The translations under genes were made by a program, and so were the position numbers. This document shows, piece by piece, positions 12,648 to 27,506 of a stretch of DNA of 64,000 nucleotides. Under the pieces are notes generated by a model that was not told the DNA's origin, did not search any database, and was given only the letters and a program-made list of their open reading frames with translations. How positions within the stretch are numbered: position 1 is the first letter of the stretch; each line of letters begins with the position of its first letter. The stretch is from Marsupella aquatica (lineage: Eukaryota; Plantae; Marchantiophyta), in the NCBI GenBank assembly GCA_973895155.1, contig OZ316893.1, positions 2,686,430 through 2,750,429 on the forward strand. Reading direction: 5' to 3'.

Positions 12648-12736
12648 ACTTACCAAAGGTCTCTCCTACAAAACAAGCAAACTTAGTAATGAGAAGTGAC
12701 TAATGAGAGAAAGTGAGGAGACCTCCTCACTTTATA
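12648..12736 (-). promoter_or_regulatory. Putative TATA box, leader exon and splice donor for the cargo transcript
   Basis: On the minus strand: TATAAA (12736-12731), a CT-rich leader, then a perfect GTAAGT donor (12653-12648). Candidate acceptors are TTTCAG at 12048 and TTGTAG at 10103. Confidence 0.5.
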
Positions 12737-12737
12737 G

Positions 12738-13200
12738 GCCCGGTCCCGGTCTGCCCCCCCCCCACCTCGCGAGCCGACCCCGGGTGGCCGAGCCCGATCC
12801 CCCCCGGCGGCTGCCCTCCTCTCGCGTGACCTAACCCTAAAGTCCCCCCCGGCCCGGCCCACCCCCGCCCGACCTCCCGGCCGGGAGGGGGGGCTTTAGG
12901 GTCCGGGCCGCGAGAGGGGGGGGCTTTAGGGTCCGGGCCGGGAGGGGGGCTTTAGGGTCCGGGCCGGGAAAGGGGGGGGGGGGGGCTTTGGGGTCCGGAC
13001 CGGGAGAGGGGGGGGGGCTTTGGGGTCCGGGCCGGGGGAGGTTTAGGGTCCGGGGTCGGGAGGATGAAGGATCCGGGGTCCGGGCCGGGGGGGTTTAGGG
13101 TCCGGGGCCGGGAGGGAAGAGGACCGGGAGTACTCAGGCCGGGACCGGATTTACTCGGGCCGGGACCGGATGATGCCGACCGGGAGAGACCGGGTGTCGG
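12738..13200. repeat. Right subterminal GC-rich array of the hAT (G-run + CTTTAGGGTCCGGGCCGGG units)
   Basis: About 7 units of G(n)CTTT(A/G)GGGTCCGGGCCG at 12885-13110, plus CCGG repeats toward the TIR. Confidence 0.9.
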
Positions 13201-13262
13201 CTTGCCGGTTGACGGCCTTAAAACGGCCTATTTGCCGGGCAAGTCCAAACCGGGCATGTGTG

Positions 13263-14150
13263 CCACATATCCACCTACGCAAACGCATTGTGTCATTGAC
13301 AAGCCCACAGGTCCTGCCTACCAAATCACTAAAAAAAACAATTCATGGTGGGTGGAAAGTACCATAATTGCTGTCGTCCTCGGATTGTTTTGGACACTGG
13401 GTTGCCTATCTTAGTGCACACTCTTGGGAAGAATCCCATGCCTTGCGTTTACAGGTTGTTGGTATTACATGATAAATGTATTTTCTCTAACGCTTTGTAA
13501 AAACTGGTGCAACCCCCATAGCCTCACCTCTTACTTTATATGTAATGCCTCAAATAGTGTCTACAAACATTCCTCGTGCCTCTGTCCCTTGTCACATTCA
13601 AGAAGCCGCCACCTCGTGTTTGGGCACTATTCTAGTGGCTTCCCCGGGATAGTACATCATTTCCTAAAACTTTCTCCTATCTCCTAATTGGAACAGTTAC
13701 TCTATGTAAGATTTATAAGTCTTCCGCACAGGATTCAAATTCTTACCCATAATTTGACTCATACCTCTTACAAAAGCACTTGCACTTACATATTATTGTT
13801 AAGTGGAGATCCACTTATAGAACTGCAAAACAGTAGGGAAGAAAATGGTCTCCCTTGCAATAAGTCAGGGCTTGCACTTATCTAGAGTATATTCAGGCAA
13901 AAAATGCAAAATGGTAGGGAAAAGGGCGACCAGCCTGCATTGCAATAAGCCATGGTTTGCACTTATGGAGTGTGCATTTAGACAGAGGCAAATATCTTCC
14001 CACACTTGGCGGAGAGTAAAAAGTCATATCACGATAAGCCTTTTTTTTAGTGGCATAAGTTTGCTGGATTCCACCTTACGCAAAGTGTTCTGCACATTTG
14101 CCGCCAAATTTTGCTGGATTTGTTTTTCCACTAGCGAGATTCCCAGCTAC
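13263..14150 (-). mobile_element. Decayed LINE fragment (endonuclease-like region)
   Basis: Minus-strand pieces FYSPP / LRQVWEDI / KP*LIA resemble the APE endonuclease IYAP..LW..PWLIAGDFN motifs; heavily interrupted. Confidence 0.35.
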
Positions 14151-14477
14151 TGTAGCCAATCTTTCAATCGTTCACCAAGGGTGACATTTGCCACATAGGT
14201 GAAAACGGAAAAAACCTTGAAAATCCTTTAGCCCCGATCTAATCATTCTAAATTTAAGTAACCAATATTCTTAGCATCTTCTTCTTCACCCGTTCACCAA
14301 GGGTATCATTTGGTGAAAAGAATAAACCCTGAAATCCAATAGGCATAATCTTACGTTTATAGTCAAATCTAGGGAGATCTAACCCTCCATTCAAATGAGA
14401 TAACTAAGTAATATTATTAGAATCTTCTCCTTCACCCCTTCTGCCAAGGTTACCTTCTCCACCGAAAAGAATCACCC

Positions 14478-14893
14478 TCGGGGCATCACCTTGAAAATTA
14501 CACTAATCAAGGATCGACCACGGGGCATCACCTTGAAAATTACACTAATCAAGGATGACCCTCGGGTAACCATGAAAATTACGCTAATCAGGATCACCTT
14601 CGGGGCATCACCTAAAATAAAATTACGCTAATCAGGATCACCCCCGGGGCATCACCTAGAAAACAATTACGCTAATCAGGATCACCCCCGGGGCATCTTG
14701 AAAATTACGCTAATCAGGATCACCTTGGGAACACCTTGAAAATTACGCTAATCAGAATCACCTTCGGAACACCTTGAAAATTACGCTAATCAGGATCACC
14801 TTTGGAACACCTTGAAAATTTACGCTAATCAGGATCACCTTCGGAACACCTTGAAAATTACGCTAATCAGGATCACCCTCGGGGTATCACCTC
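14478..14893. repeat. Minisatellite, ~38-44 bp unit, ~10 copies
   Basis: Unit approximately GGG(G)CATCACCTTGAAAATTACGCTAATCAGGATCACCTTC repeated head-to-tail. Confidence 0.92.
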
Positions 14894-15557
14894 ATCAGCT
14901 CAGTGAGAGAGAGAGACAGAGAGCGAGAGATCGTCAGCAGACAGAAATAGCGAGACTGTCGGCACGGACACACACGCACACATGTATCTTCCATCGAAAG
15001 AACGGAGCTCGCGCATTTCTTGGACCTTTCTGAGACGGCCCACCATTTCAGACTCTCTCAGTGTCGAATTACGTGACGTTTTGCGGGCCCTTCCCTTGTC
15101 TCCGGTCCAGCTTCCCTTGTTCCCAAAGTCTGGGAACAGTGGAGAGAACTTGAGGTCCAACGCGCTATGGGCGTGTATGCTTCGAAAGTCGTGGCCTTGA
15201 GTCCTGAGATTCTACTTGGTAGCATTATCAGGAACCTTTCAGCGTGAGACCAGTGGCGTTCGCTGAGCTCGGGTGCAAGTTCAGAAGATCACGGTCTACA
15301 GTTTTGAGGTTGTGTGACTATAAAGCCGCGTTTCTACGAGAAAGGACCTCATTCACTTTACAACTTTACTATACTGCAAAAGCTCGAAATCCATCTTTTT
15401 ATCATCCGAGTCTGCAAAGACGCTTAGATCGTAGTGTTCGTGAACGGCAGAACTTTGCAAAACTTGACCGGTTCTGTGTTTTGCCGAAGATCACAATCAC
15501 ATCATTTGTTGCAGGGAAGACTGCTTGAGAACACTAGTGCAGCGTGAGCGAGTATTG

Positions 15558-16307
15558 ATGGACACCCGGGAGGGTGCTGCTCAGGTGAAGCAACAGCATC
15601 ATCAAGTCCTCGTGTACACAGAGACTCCGAAGCCAATCGTTGTGGGTGCGGATGATTTCCAGAACTTGGTTCAAAGTCTTACTGGTGGGAAGCGAAAGAG
15701 GAAGTCGGTCACCTTCGCCTTAGTAAATGCAGGGGAAGCAGCAGAAGCCCAGCAGGAGTATTTGCCGCAGGCACCACCACCAGCCAGGGTGCAGCAACAG
15801 CCATTGCTGGATTACTTGGACAGACTGGACAAGGAATGCCCTCCACGATCCACTGGGGCCCAGCGAAACCGAGGTTTCTTCGCCACAGCAGGACTAGTTA
15901 AAGGAGTGAGGAGGGAAGAAGGTTTGCCGCAATTTGACACGTTTGATTCTCCTTTGGGCTCTTCAGCCCGCAATTTTGAGCCCAAAGATGCAGAAATGGC
16001 TGAGAAAGCATCGACTACGGTTTGCAGTGTCAAGGTCTTGACTCCGATTAGTTCCCTCCAAGGTTGCAAGCGCGTGTGTTCTGAATGGGTCCCCGAATGG
16101 ACGGGCTGCCTTTCACCACGCTCCGGTCAGGTAGTCGAGGAAGCAAAGAGGACTGCGGCCCTTTGGAATCGATCCGGGTTAGGGCCTTGGAATATAAATC
16201 TAGAGAACATTGCAGAAAGTGATGGCTGCGGCCGGGATGACGATTGTGGCTATCCAGTGGACATCCTCTACTACAAGGGAGAAATCACTATGGTTGAGCA
16301 GACTTAG
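15558..16307 (+). CDS. VQ-motif-containing protein
   Basis: ADDFQNLVQSLTG matches the plant VQ motif FxxhVQxhTG, followed by a basic KRKRK NLS-like patch. TATA-like CTATAAAG at ~15319. The 3' end is uncertain because of the overlapping ORF 16210-16761. Confidence 0.75.
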   Translation: MDTREGAAQVKQQHHQVLVYTETPKPIVVGADDFQNLVQSLTGGKRKRKSVTFALVNAGEAAEAQQEYLPQAPPPARVQQQPLLDYLDRLDKECPPRSTGAQRNRGFFATAGLVKGVRREEGLPQFDTFDSPLGSSARNFEPKDAEMAEKASTTVCSVKVLTPISSLQGCKRVCSEWVPEWTGCLSPRSGQVVEEAKRTAALWNRSGLGPWNINLENIAESDGCGRDDDCGYPVDILYYKGEITMVEQT

Positions 16308-18327
16308 AAGAGAGAGAAGGAGGCTCCTCATGAACTTTGCAAGTCTTCAGTCTGGTGTTTATGCCCTTCCAAACACGAGCAGTAGCACCGATGAACTTCT
16401 CTTCTCCAATGGTTCTGTGGAAGATCTGCTTGACGCCCAGCCCCGACTGCAAACTTGTGGTCATTTAGATGGGGCTTGGATGCCAGCCCAGGCCAGTCAG
16501 AGCTTTGAAGGATGGAGGACGGGACGTATTTTGGCAAGGCAAATGATGGGTGTAGGCACCGGCACGGCTGCCAGTTGCTCCAACCGAGTATTGAGCGTCC
16601 TACATCTGCGTGCATCGATACCTCCTTTCAAACAGGTAATGAAGAACTCTTTAGAGGGAAGTGCAGATATAACGCGAGCTCACGTTGAAGAACTCGTTCG
16701 AGAACGGATCGATCGCCCACTGTTCCTTTCTGTTTCTGTGAGAAACAGAAATGGAATGTAGGAGTCGTAGAGCTTTCTGAATACCGGGCCTTTGCCACCG
16801 TCGCGGAACAAGTTGACATACAGGTTGGAAAGGGCACGGGAATTTCAGTCTAATAACTGATTGAATGGCTGTTTGACCGAACTGAAGGAACCCATTGTGG
16901 ACATTTGACAGAACGATGACCACCCTATGGACGCAATGTCTTCCACTGGGTGTCCTTCTGGCGTGAGATGAAATACTAAGTGGTCAGCTCTCGGTGAGTC
17001 CCAGACCGCTGAGATCTGAGCGAGCACCTGACTGATTCAATTTTCTGATGCAAGCTCAACTGGATTGAGAAGACTGACGCTTTAGAATGGGTATTATCTA
17101 TGTTCTATTTACTGACAGTCGTTTGTGGTAGCCTTTTCGCCGGGTCAGAGGTCTTCCCACTCATGTGAGCAGATTTGTTGAACGGGGAGTTTTATTTTCG
17201 TGAGACATACCATTTTTGCTGGACAAAGAAAGCTTGAAGCCAACCCAGTGCGAAGGCAAATTTTCCCCAGTTGGTTGAATGTTTTCTTCCATCAATGCAC
17301 TTATCTTTATCCTGACGAAAGAATTACTTGTAAGAGTCATTCCAGATTGGTACTTCGTTGCTTAACAATTGAGACGCACGCCACTATGGATGGAACAGAG
17401 CCAAAACACTTCCCGCCGTTGCTGCTATGCACATTTCTTGACATAAATTCCTTGATATCTGGGCACTGATGTAGTGAAATAGAATCTTTGATGATGTAGC
17501 GCTTGTCTGTAAGTATCGATCCATTTCCAGCACTCTCCTCCCCGTCTGCTACTTTGTTCACATGCGGCTTTGAAGTGCAAGTAACGTATCACAGGGTCTA
17601 ACGTAAAACCCCGAGGCCTCGTACCTTCCTCCACTTTCAGGGAGCAGGCTTTGCCCATGCTTCAATTTCCTCTCGGCACTGAAAACTTCGAATACTTTGT
17701 TACCGAGTTATAGCATCCAAAAAAGCACAATTCGTGCTTGAACTTTCACGACAATTTTCTTAAAACGGGCCTTTCGTCCCATTCAGACCTTAAAGAGTAT
17801 TTCCGAAACTAGTGGAAGGTGGGAGAATTTTCACATAGTTGGACTTGGTTTCAGGGGAAGTTAAGGTGGTGAGTCGGGTATCGACTTCTGCTTATTTGAT
17901 AGTTCAGGTTGCACTTTGCACCAAGAGTGAACCCTGTCAAAGTTACTTTGAGTTCTTGTGCCCAACTTTGTGCGCCACAATGAAGACTTTACCCGCAGTT
18001 TGTGAAAGGGTAGGATCTAGATAGACACAAGCTAAGAGTGACAAGAGACAACTATCAAGAATAATGCTTTGAGGTGCACAGACTGATATTCGCGAAGTTA
18101 TTGTCACATCGTCCTAATAAAGGGAATGTGATTTTCTACAGTTGAAATATAGTCAATTTTAAACACTGCTTAGTATATCTTGATAGTATATTTTAGTTCA
18201 TTCATTTAAAAAAAACAAATGGCATAAGTAGTTTTGATTTTTCTATTTGATGTAGATAACCTTTTGAAACCAAAAAGTATTATTTGAGACAATTGTCTTC
18301 AAACAATGTTTCCAACTATTGGTAGAC

Positions 18328-19720
18328 TTTTTTCTTTTTCTTTTTTTGCCTTGAAAAAAACCAAAGAATTCCATTCATTTAGTTAGCATACAAAAAGGGG
18401 GGCCTCAAAAAAGAGGCACCAACCCATGGGGACCAGACGTCAACATGCTCGGACCGGTGAGGCCAGAACCAAGTAAGAAACTAGGTCTCCAGAAAGACAA
18501 ACCAAACAAGCAATTTGTGTTGAGCATAGATGACATTCGTAACAGCAAGCCCATGAACCATCCAACGCACAATAGTCGACACAGAGAGATACGTGATTCA
18601 CCTCCACATGAGGCTACGTCCACGGGAACACACAAGAGCTTTACTGCACTCTAGGCCGACCGGCCATACCAAACATCCACAGCACAAGCTCTCCATATCT
18701 CTCAACTAGCTCCGTAACAATGAGCCTAAGTTCCACCAAGGTCTAGCATCAGCCCTGGCTATATGCACAACAGCACTACCGCTAACATTAGCTAAGTCCT
18801 AACCCGAGTTAGACTAACTGTAGTTAGCTCATGAGTCACAAGACTAGAGCAATATCTAACAATTTGGAGACTATGACAGGAGTAGCACACTCCCAAAGCC
18901 CGGCCAGTGGTCTGGGACCGGCGGGGCCCCATACACTGGGTCGGTGATAAGAAAGAACCTATTAGTCTAGAAGTAACACAGCCTCAAAACCTGAGGAACA
19001 TAAAGTCTAATGGTGGACAAGGTGGGACTGGTTGAACTTGGAGCAGATCTTAGTGAATTTGCTAGAGTCCATCCCAAGTTCCAAAGGCCATTGACATTTT
19101 GTATTGAGTTTCACCGCATGTGATCTTCCCATTTCTAACCCTGGTTTTAAGCCTGGCCCAATCCCTTTGGAGGTAAACTCCTAGAGGCTGCCAAGGTTTC
19201 TGAATAATTCTCTGTGGATTGGGCTGGGTGTGCTCAATAAAATGTACGCATCTATCTTTCCAGATGGTCCAGCAAATGATGGTTGGAACAATGTGCCACA
19301 AACGCTTAGGAATGTCCCATTGCTTTGGCAAAGGTTCCCCAACAAAAATATGTACGGGTAGCAGTTGTATCCGGGGTCCCTGAGAGAAAGCACATTGTTG
19401 AAGGATGGGTTGGACCCATGTCCAGACCAACTGCGATATGTTGCATTCCCAAATGCAATGAATGAGATCTTCATGTATATATTCCCAAATGCAATGAATG
19501 AGATCTTCATGTATACGTTCCATACAGTACAGACATTAACTAATACTTTGGAGCCCCTCCATGGAAGTGTATGGCATTGCGAGAATGCCCAAGTGAAGTC
19601 GTCTGCACCTCACTTCTGCATCAAGAGTTGCCTAATCTCAAATTGAAGTATGAGGGTGGTCTCCTTCAGCCAGGGCCCAAAGGATGAAGACTTTTCACTT
19701 CTGATATAGATCTCAATTTC
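18328..19720 (-). mobile_element. 5'-truncated L1 LINE 3' end (zf-RVT region) with poly(A) tail
   Basis: ORF 19062-19523 has EDLIHCIWEC..SQLVW and IICWTIWKDRC, with CLYC upstream, typical of the plant L1 C-terminus. The T-run at ~18328-18347 reads as poly(A) on minus. Interrupted by a solo LTR. Confidence 0.7.
18518..18861 (-). mobile_element. Solo LTR related to the copia LTR at 43497
   Basis: TG...CA ends; 5-bp TSD ATTTG (18513-18517, 18862-18866); 18518-18730 is the reverse-complement homologue of ~43705-43917. Confidence 0.88.
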
Positions 19721-20149
19721 CCCTCGATCTGTTCCAGAAGATGATTTCTTACCTGATCTTTTCATTCCTAAAATTCAAGCCCATTCCCATGTGAAGGTGA
19801 TTCACGTATCCCATTGGTGACGTTTCATAAGTATCCCATTGGTGACGTTTCATAAGTGTTCCGCTCACATCTTTCACCATTAGAATACTTTTTCACTTAT
19901 ATTATTGAATCGTAAGTTTAGATTAAGCAAATGAGTTCAGCTTATTGTGATCAAACTCCCTTTGGTCATGGGCCTTGTACATGCACTAATTGAAGTGTCA
20001 TAGACATCTAGCGGGGGAGACTGGAGAAAAGCAGATTGAGCAGACCGAGTCAATGACACATTTCCTCAAGTACATGGACTAAAATTTTACAGTTCACAGA
20101 GTAAATAGATAAACATCATTTTCAGAACATTTTAAGGTACAACTTATCA

Positions 20150-20800
20150 CAGATGTGGAAATTGGTTTTTTGAAAATTGACAATCACCTGGAGAGTACTT
20201 TATTCGGCCGACACTATTCCAGAAGCCTCTCGTCAATCCTTACACTACTCAATGTCTGGATGTGAGCAATTTATGCACGCGAAGCTTCTCGAAGCCATCT
20301 GAAAGGCAAGAGATTTCCTATACAGACTTCTCATACATTTCCATCAGAGACGTCAGTCTAATCTAGATATTTCTCTTCCTTACTCATTTGTCTAGAAATC
20401 TCTCTTCAGTTTCCATTCTTATCAATTTCTTATCTGTCTCTCGTAACAAAGAGTTCCGAACATTTCCAACAGAGAAATGTTGTAGTGTATAGGAAACTCT
20501 TCAAACATTTCCAACAGGGACTTCACTTCGTAACAAATAAATGATCTTTCCAACGTTGATCTAGTAGTTGAACGAAGGTGCGTTAGTCCAGAGGGTAAGC
20601 TTGGCAAGTTTAAGATAAGGCTTATTGACATTAAGGCTTGAAGTCTGGTAAGTCTGAGTTCGGTGCCGTGCAAACAAGTGCTGTTGCGCGTAATGAACGG
20701 GAAGATGCTAACCGACCGAACAGTGAGACCGCAAAACAATGTGAAAGGGTGCGTACTATTGGGCAATGCCAGATCATGCATAGTTCTCAAATTTATAATT
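20150..20800 (-). pseudogene. Decayed leucine-rich-repeat (NLR-type) fragment
   Basis: Minus-strand pieces LTRLQAL..LNLPSLPSGLTHLRS and SCLSDGFEKLR fit the LxxLPxxhxxLxxL pattern; many stops and frameshifts. Confidence 0.35.
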
Positions 20801-21806
20801 GATATTGCAAGACATGACGATGCAACCTTTTGATGCTGGGAATGAACAGGAACAGATAGTCCAAGGATTGTGTCTACTAGGAACTGTAACCCCAGCTTTA
20901 CACGCTGCTACTGGGTTTGCATGGTGGCCAAATTTGCTACAGAACTGACCCATGTGTCGTAAGAAATGGTTCGCATGGCAGCATGACAAACATTACCAAT
21001 TCGCTCAGTACAAGGTGTTGCTGAAATCAAATAAGACACCCCTCGTACTCACAGAAGGCAAAGAAGAGCTTAATTGTAGGATTCAAAAGAACAGAATCGA
21101 AGAAATTATCCAGTTTCGTTGCAAGAAAAAAGAGAGTTGCACACGATGATGAATGGAAGGAACGCTAGTCGGTTGATTCTCTAGCCGTTTCAGCTCCTTG
21201 GATGAGAGCAATAAGGAAACTGACGTCTGGTATCAAGATTCTCACTAAAGTCAACTACACAGAGGGAATCGCACATGCCGACCGCCCATTCTCACAATAA
21301 TTAATCATACTCTCCAGGCAAGGAGGAAACCATGGTGCCAGTGAATAAATATTTCAAGCGAACAGAGACTGGCGAGGAAAGAGAGCAAAGAACTGTTGAT
21401 TTGAATAAGAGCACAGTACTTCACCGTCTTGCCGTAAAGCACAGTAACTCTTTTGTCTTAATGTAAACGTACAAAATCCGTTATAAAAAATTGCACCTCT
21501 TGCACGTTGTCCCTGCTGCCGGGCCTGGAACAGATACTCTTCCTAAACTAAGATGGTGTGTTAACTCACCATGTCTACCTCCAATGTTCGTTCGCAAGTA
21601 CTCCAAAAGTTGACAGCACACTAAGATCCTAAGATCCCCTCAGGCGGAGGAAATGCTGCATACCAAGGCTTAATTTTGTATTCTTTACGAATACTGACTC
21701 AAATGAACTCTAATTTACTACTTTCGGGTTTAGAAAGGCACGCTCCACGAGTTCTGTTATTCCGGGCACTGTTTCGTATTAATGACTATGTGACATTGGT
21801 AATGAT

Positions 21807-25141
<3,335 letters not shown>

Positions 25142-27268
25142 TTTCAATCACCTCTCTGCTACCAAAGGTGATCTCTCTCTCTCTCTGTGTTTCGTTTCTC
25201 TCTGAGAGAAGATTCAGTGCCCAACAATCTTCAAAAGCGCCCACCCTCCCCTGTGAAAGCCTTATTAGTAGTCTCAATCGTCCACGTGAGAGGCTTTAGC
25301 AGAACGCAATCTTTCCGGATCACCCACTCTCTCCTCTCCTCTCCTCTGTCGAAGGAGTTGTGTAGTAGCGACGGGAACAATCCAGACGCACACCCTTTTC
25401 TCTCTCGCTCTCTCTAGCTCTCTCTCGCTCTCTCCTGTCTCCACGTCTGCGCTGATGAGGTGCTCGGCTTTGGTCGCGTTGCGAGGCACCGAGCCCTGAA
25501 CCCGGCCAATGAGAGCCATCCAAACCCAATCTACTGTAGCCTCTAATTTCGTCAGCGCCGAAGGCCCTTCGCTCACTTTGCGTACATCTCACAGAGAACG
25601 GCGCCCGCATACCTAGTCCACCTCCGCGATTCGATTGCGAACGCTCTTCTTCGCGAGTTTTCGCGATTTTATTGCGAACGATGTTTTTCGCGATTCGGTT
25701 GGGAACCATTCTTTTGTGATTAAATTGCGTTGTCGCGACTCGATTTTTGGACGATGTTTTCGCGATTTCGATTGAGAACGATTGTTTCGCGATTCAATTC
25801 CGTTGTGGCGATTTGATTGGGAGACAATTGTCGCGCGGTTCACTTAGGTTGTCACTATTCAAGAGGGGGTCTCAAATATGGGGCCGTCATAGGTGTTCTT
25901 GGGAGGTTACCATTGCCTGTGAAGAGGGCTGCCAGTGAGTTTAATGGTAGCAAGGAATTTGAATACCTCAATACTTTTAGGTAGGTATGTGTGACTTCCA
26001 GGTGGAGAAACTAGTTGTGATGGTGTCTGTTCAGCACTAATATGCCCTCAGCATACACAGAAGATTGAGTACATGTGGCCCGGCTTGCAAGTTCACACTT
26101 AGCCCGTGATGCCCGTGATGCCCGATTGGCCAAGGCCCTGTCTGGGAACTGTGAAATTCCTCGAGAGGAGTGTGTGGGCTAGCCTGAGGATGTCCTGCAC
26201 ATTTTTGGGCCACTTCCGCCGGAACCTACCTCGGACCCCAATACTTGAGGACCCATTGATAATGTTTTGCTCAAAAACCACTCATCATGAATAAGTTACT
26301 TGACCCCACTTTTGTATCTTTTCTTCTCATGTTTGTGTTATGTTTTGATTTTAAAAATAATTCATATACTATGAAGACAGTGTCTATCAATAAAATGCTC
26401 ATAACATTCTTACATTTGCATCACAAAATTATTTTGATGTTGCATATATAGACACCAAAATATTTGCTAGTCAGGTATAAAAGTTTAAGAATTGGGAACA
26501 AATATTTAATAGTGCCTACCCACATATTTCCCTGGCTCCCCTAGAGACTTTTGCCAGTTTGAAGAGCTTCCTCACAACATACAGACAGTCCAGGCAGAGG
26601 ACTTCACAATTTAGACCATCTCATTGGTAATATCGTTTTCTTCTTCTTCAACTTTTTGGCAAGTTAGGCGGCAAGAGCTATCAGCTCTTAAAGTGCCATA
26701 TAAGAGGATAAGTGTCCAAGATTTCTCCCTTTTTCACATTCTTCTCCTCTTAAATTGCCACTAGCCATATAAAAGAGAAAGTGTCCAAGATTTCTCTTTT
26801 ATTCACATTCTTCTCCTCTCCTATGCCATTTTGTTCCACAATTTCACGAAAAATATACTATACAGGTAAACACCCAGATTTTTGTCATAGCTAGTGGTGG
26901 TTTAAGGACATGAGGGCATCAGAAGCACAGTGGAAAGCTTTGCCATCCATTCCAGATTAGAACTTGAGGGTTGCTCTGAAGTAGCAAATGGCTCAGATCT
27001 TGTCCAAGATACTTGGAGATTAAAGACCTAGTCTCTATGAGGATTACTTATTCAACACTGTCCTAAGATTCTCAGGCATACTCGTTACACCAAAGGAGAG
27101 GAGTGGCGTGTACACCTAGCCAAGGCTTAGGTGATGCAAGGTTGACTCACTGGCTCTTTGAAATGCCTTTAAATCATGTGAGAAGATAATGTTTGGATAA
27201 TGTTCTCTTCTGGGTGCCGTCAAGCTATAAGCTCTGACAAGTGGGGTCCATCTACACATGTATTCCCA

Positions 27269-27506
27269 GCCTTAATCTTTCCCACATAGGAGTCCTAAGC
27301 TTATGTGGGGTTTATCTACACATGTACTTTCACTAGGACAGTTACACTATTGACTGAACCAAGTGAACTAAGTAATAATGGGTGTTTGCCTTAATCTTCC
27401 CACATAGGAGTCCTAAGCTTATGTGGGATCTATCTACACATGTACTTTCACTAGGACAGTTACACTGTTGAATGAACCAAGTGAACTAATTAATAATGGG
27501 TGTTTG
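27269..27506. repeat. ~120-bp tandem duplication containing a small hairpin
   Basis: GCCTTAATCTT..CCCACATAGGAGTCCTAAGCTTATGTGGG..AATAATGGGTGTTTG occurs twice; CCCACATA/TATGTGGG is inverted within each unit. Confidence 0.85.

Larger units (their letters stand above)
3643..13254 (+). mobile_element. hAT-superfamily DNA transposon (~9.6 kb) with transposase plus two cargo genes
   Basis: Terminal inverted repeats CCCGGTTTG (3643-3651) / CAAACCGGG (13246-13254). Identical 8-bp flanks CATGTGTG (3635-3642 and 13255-13262) match the canonical hAT TSD length. GC-rich CCCGG subterminal arrays at both ends; hAT transposase inside. Confidence 0.93.

Noticed and set aside
14478-14893. CRISPR-like appearance
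   Set aside because: Units are contiguous with no unique spacers, there are no cas genes, and the context is eukaryotic.
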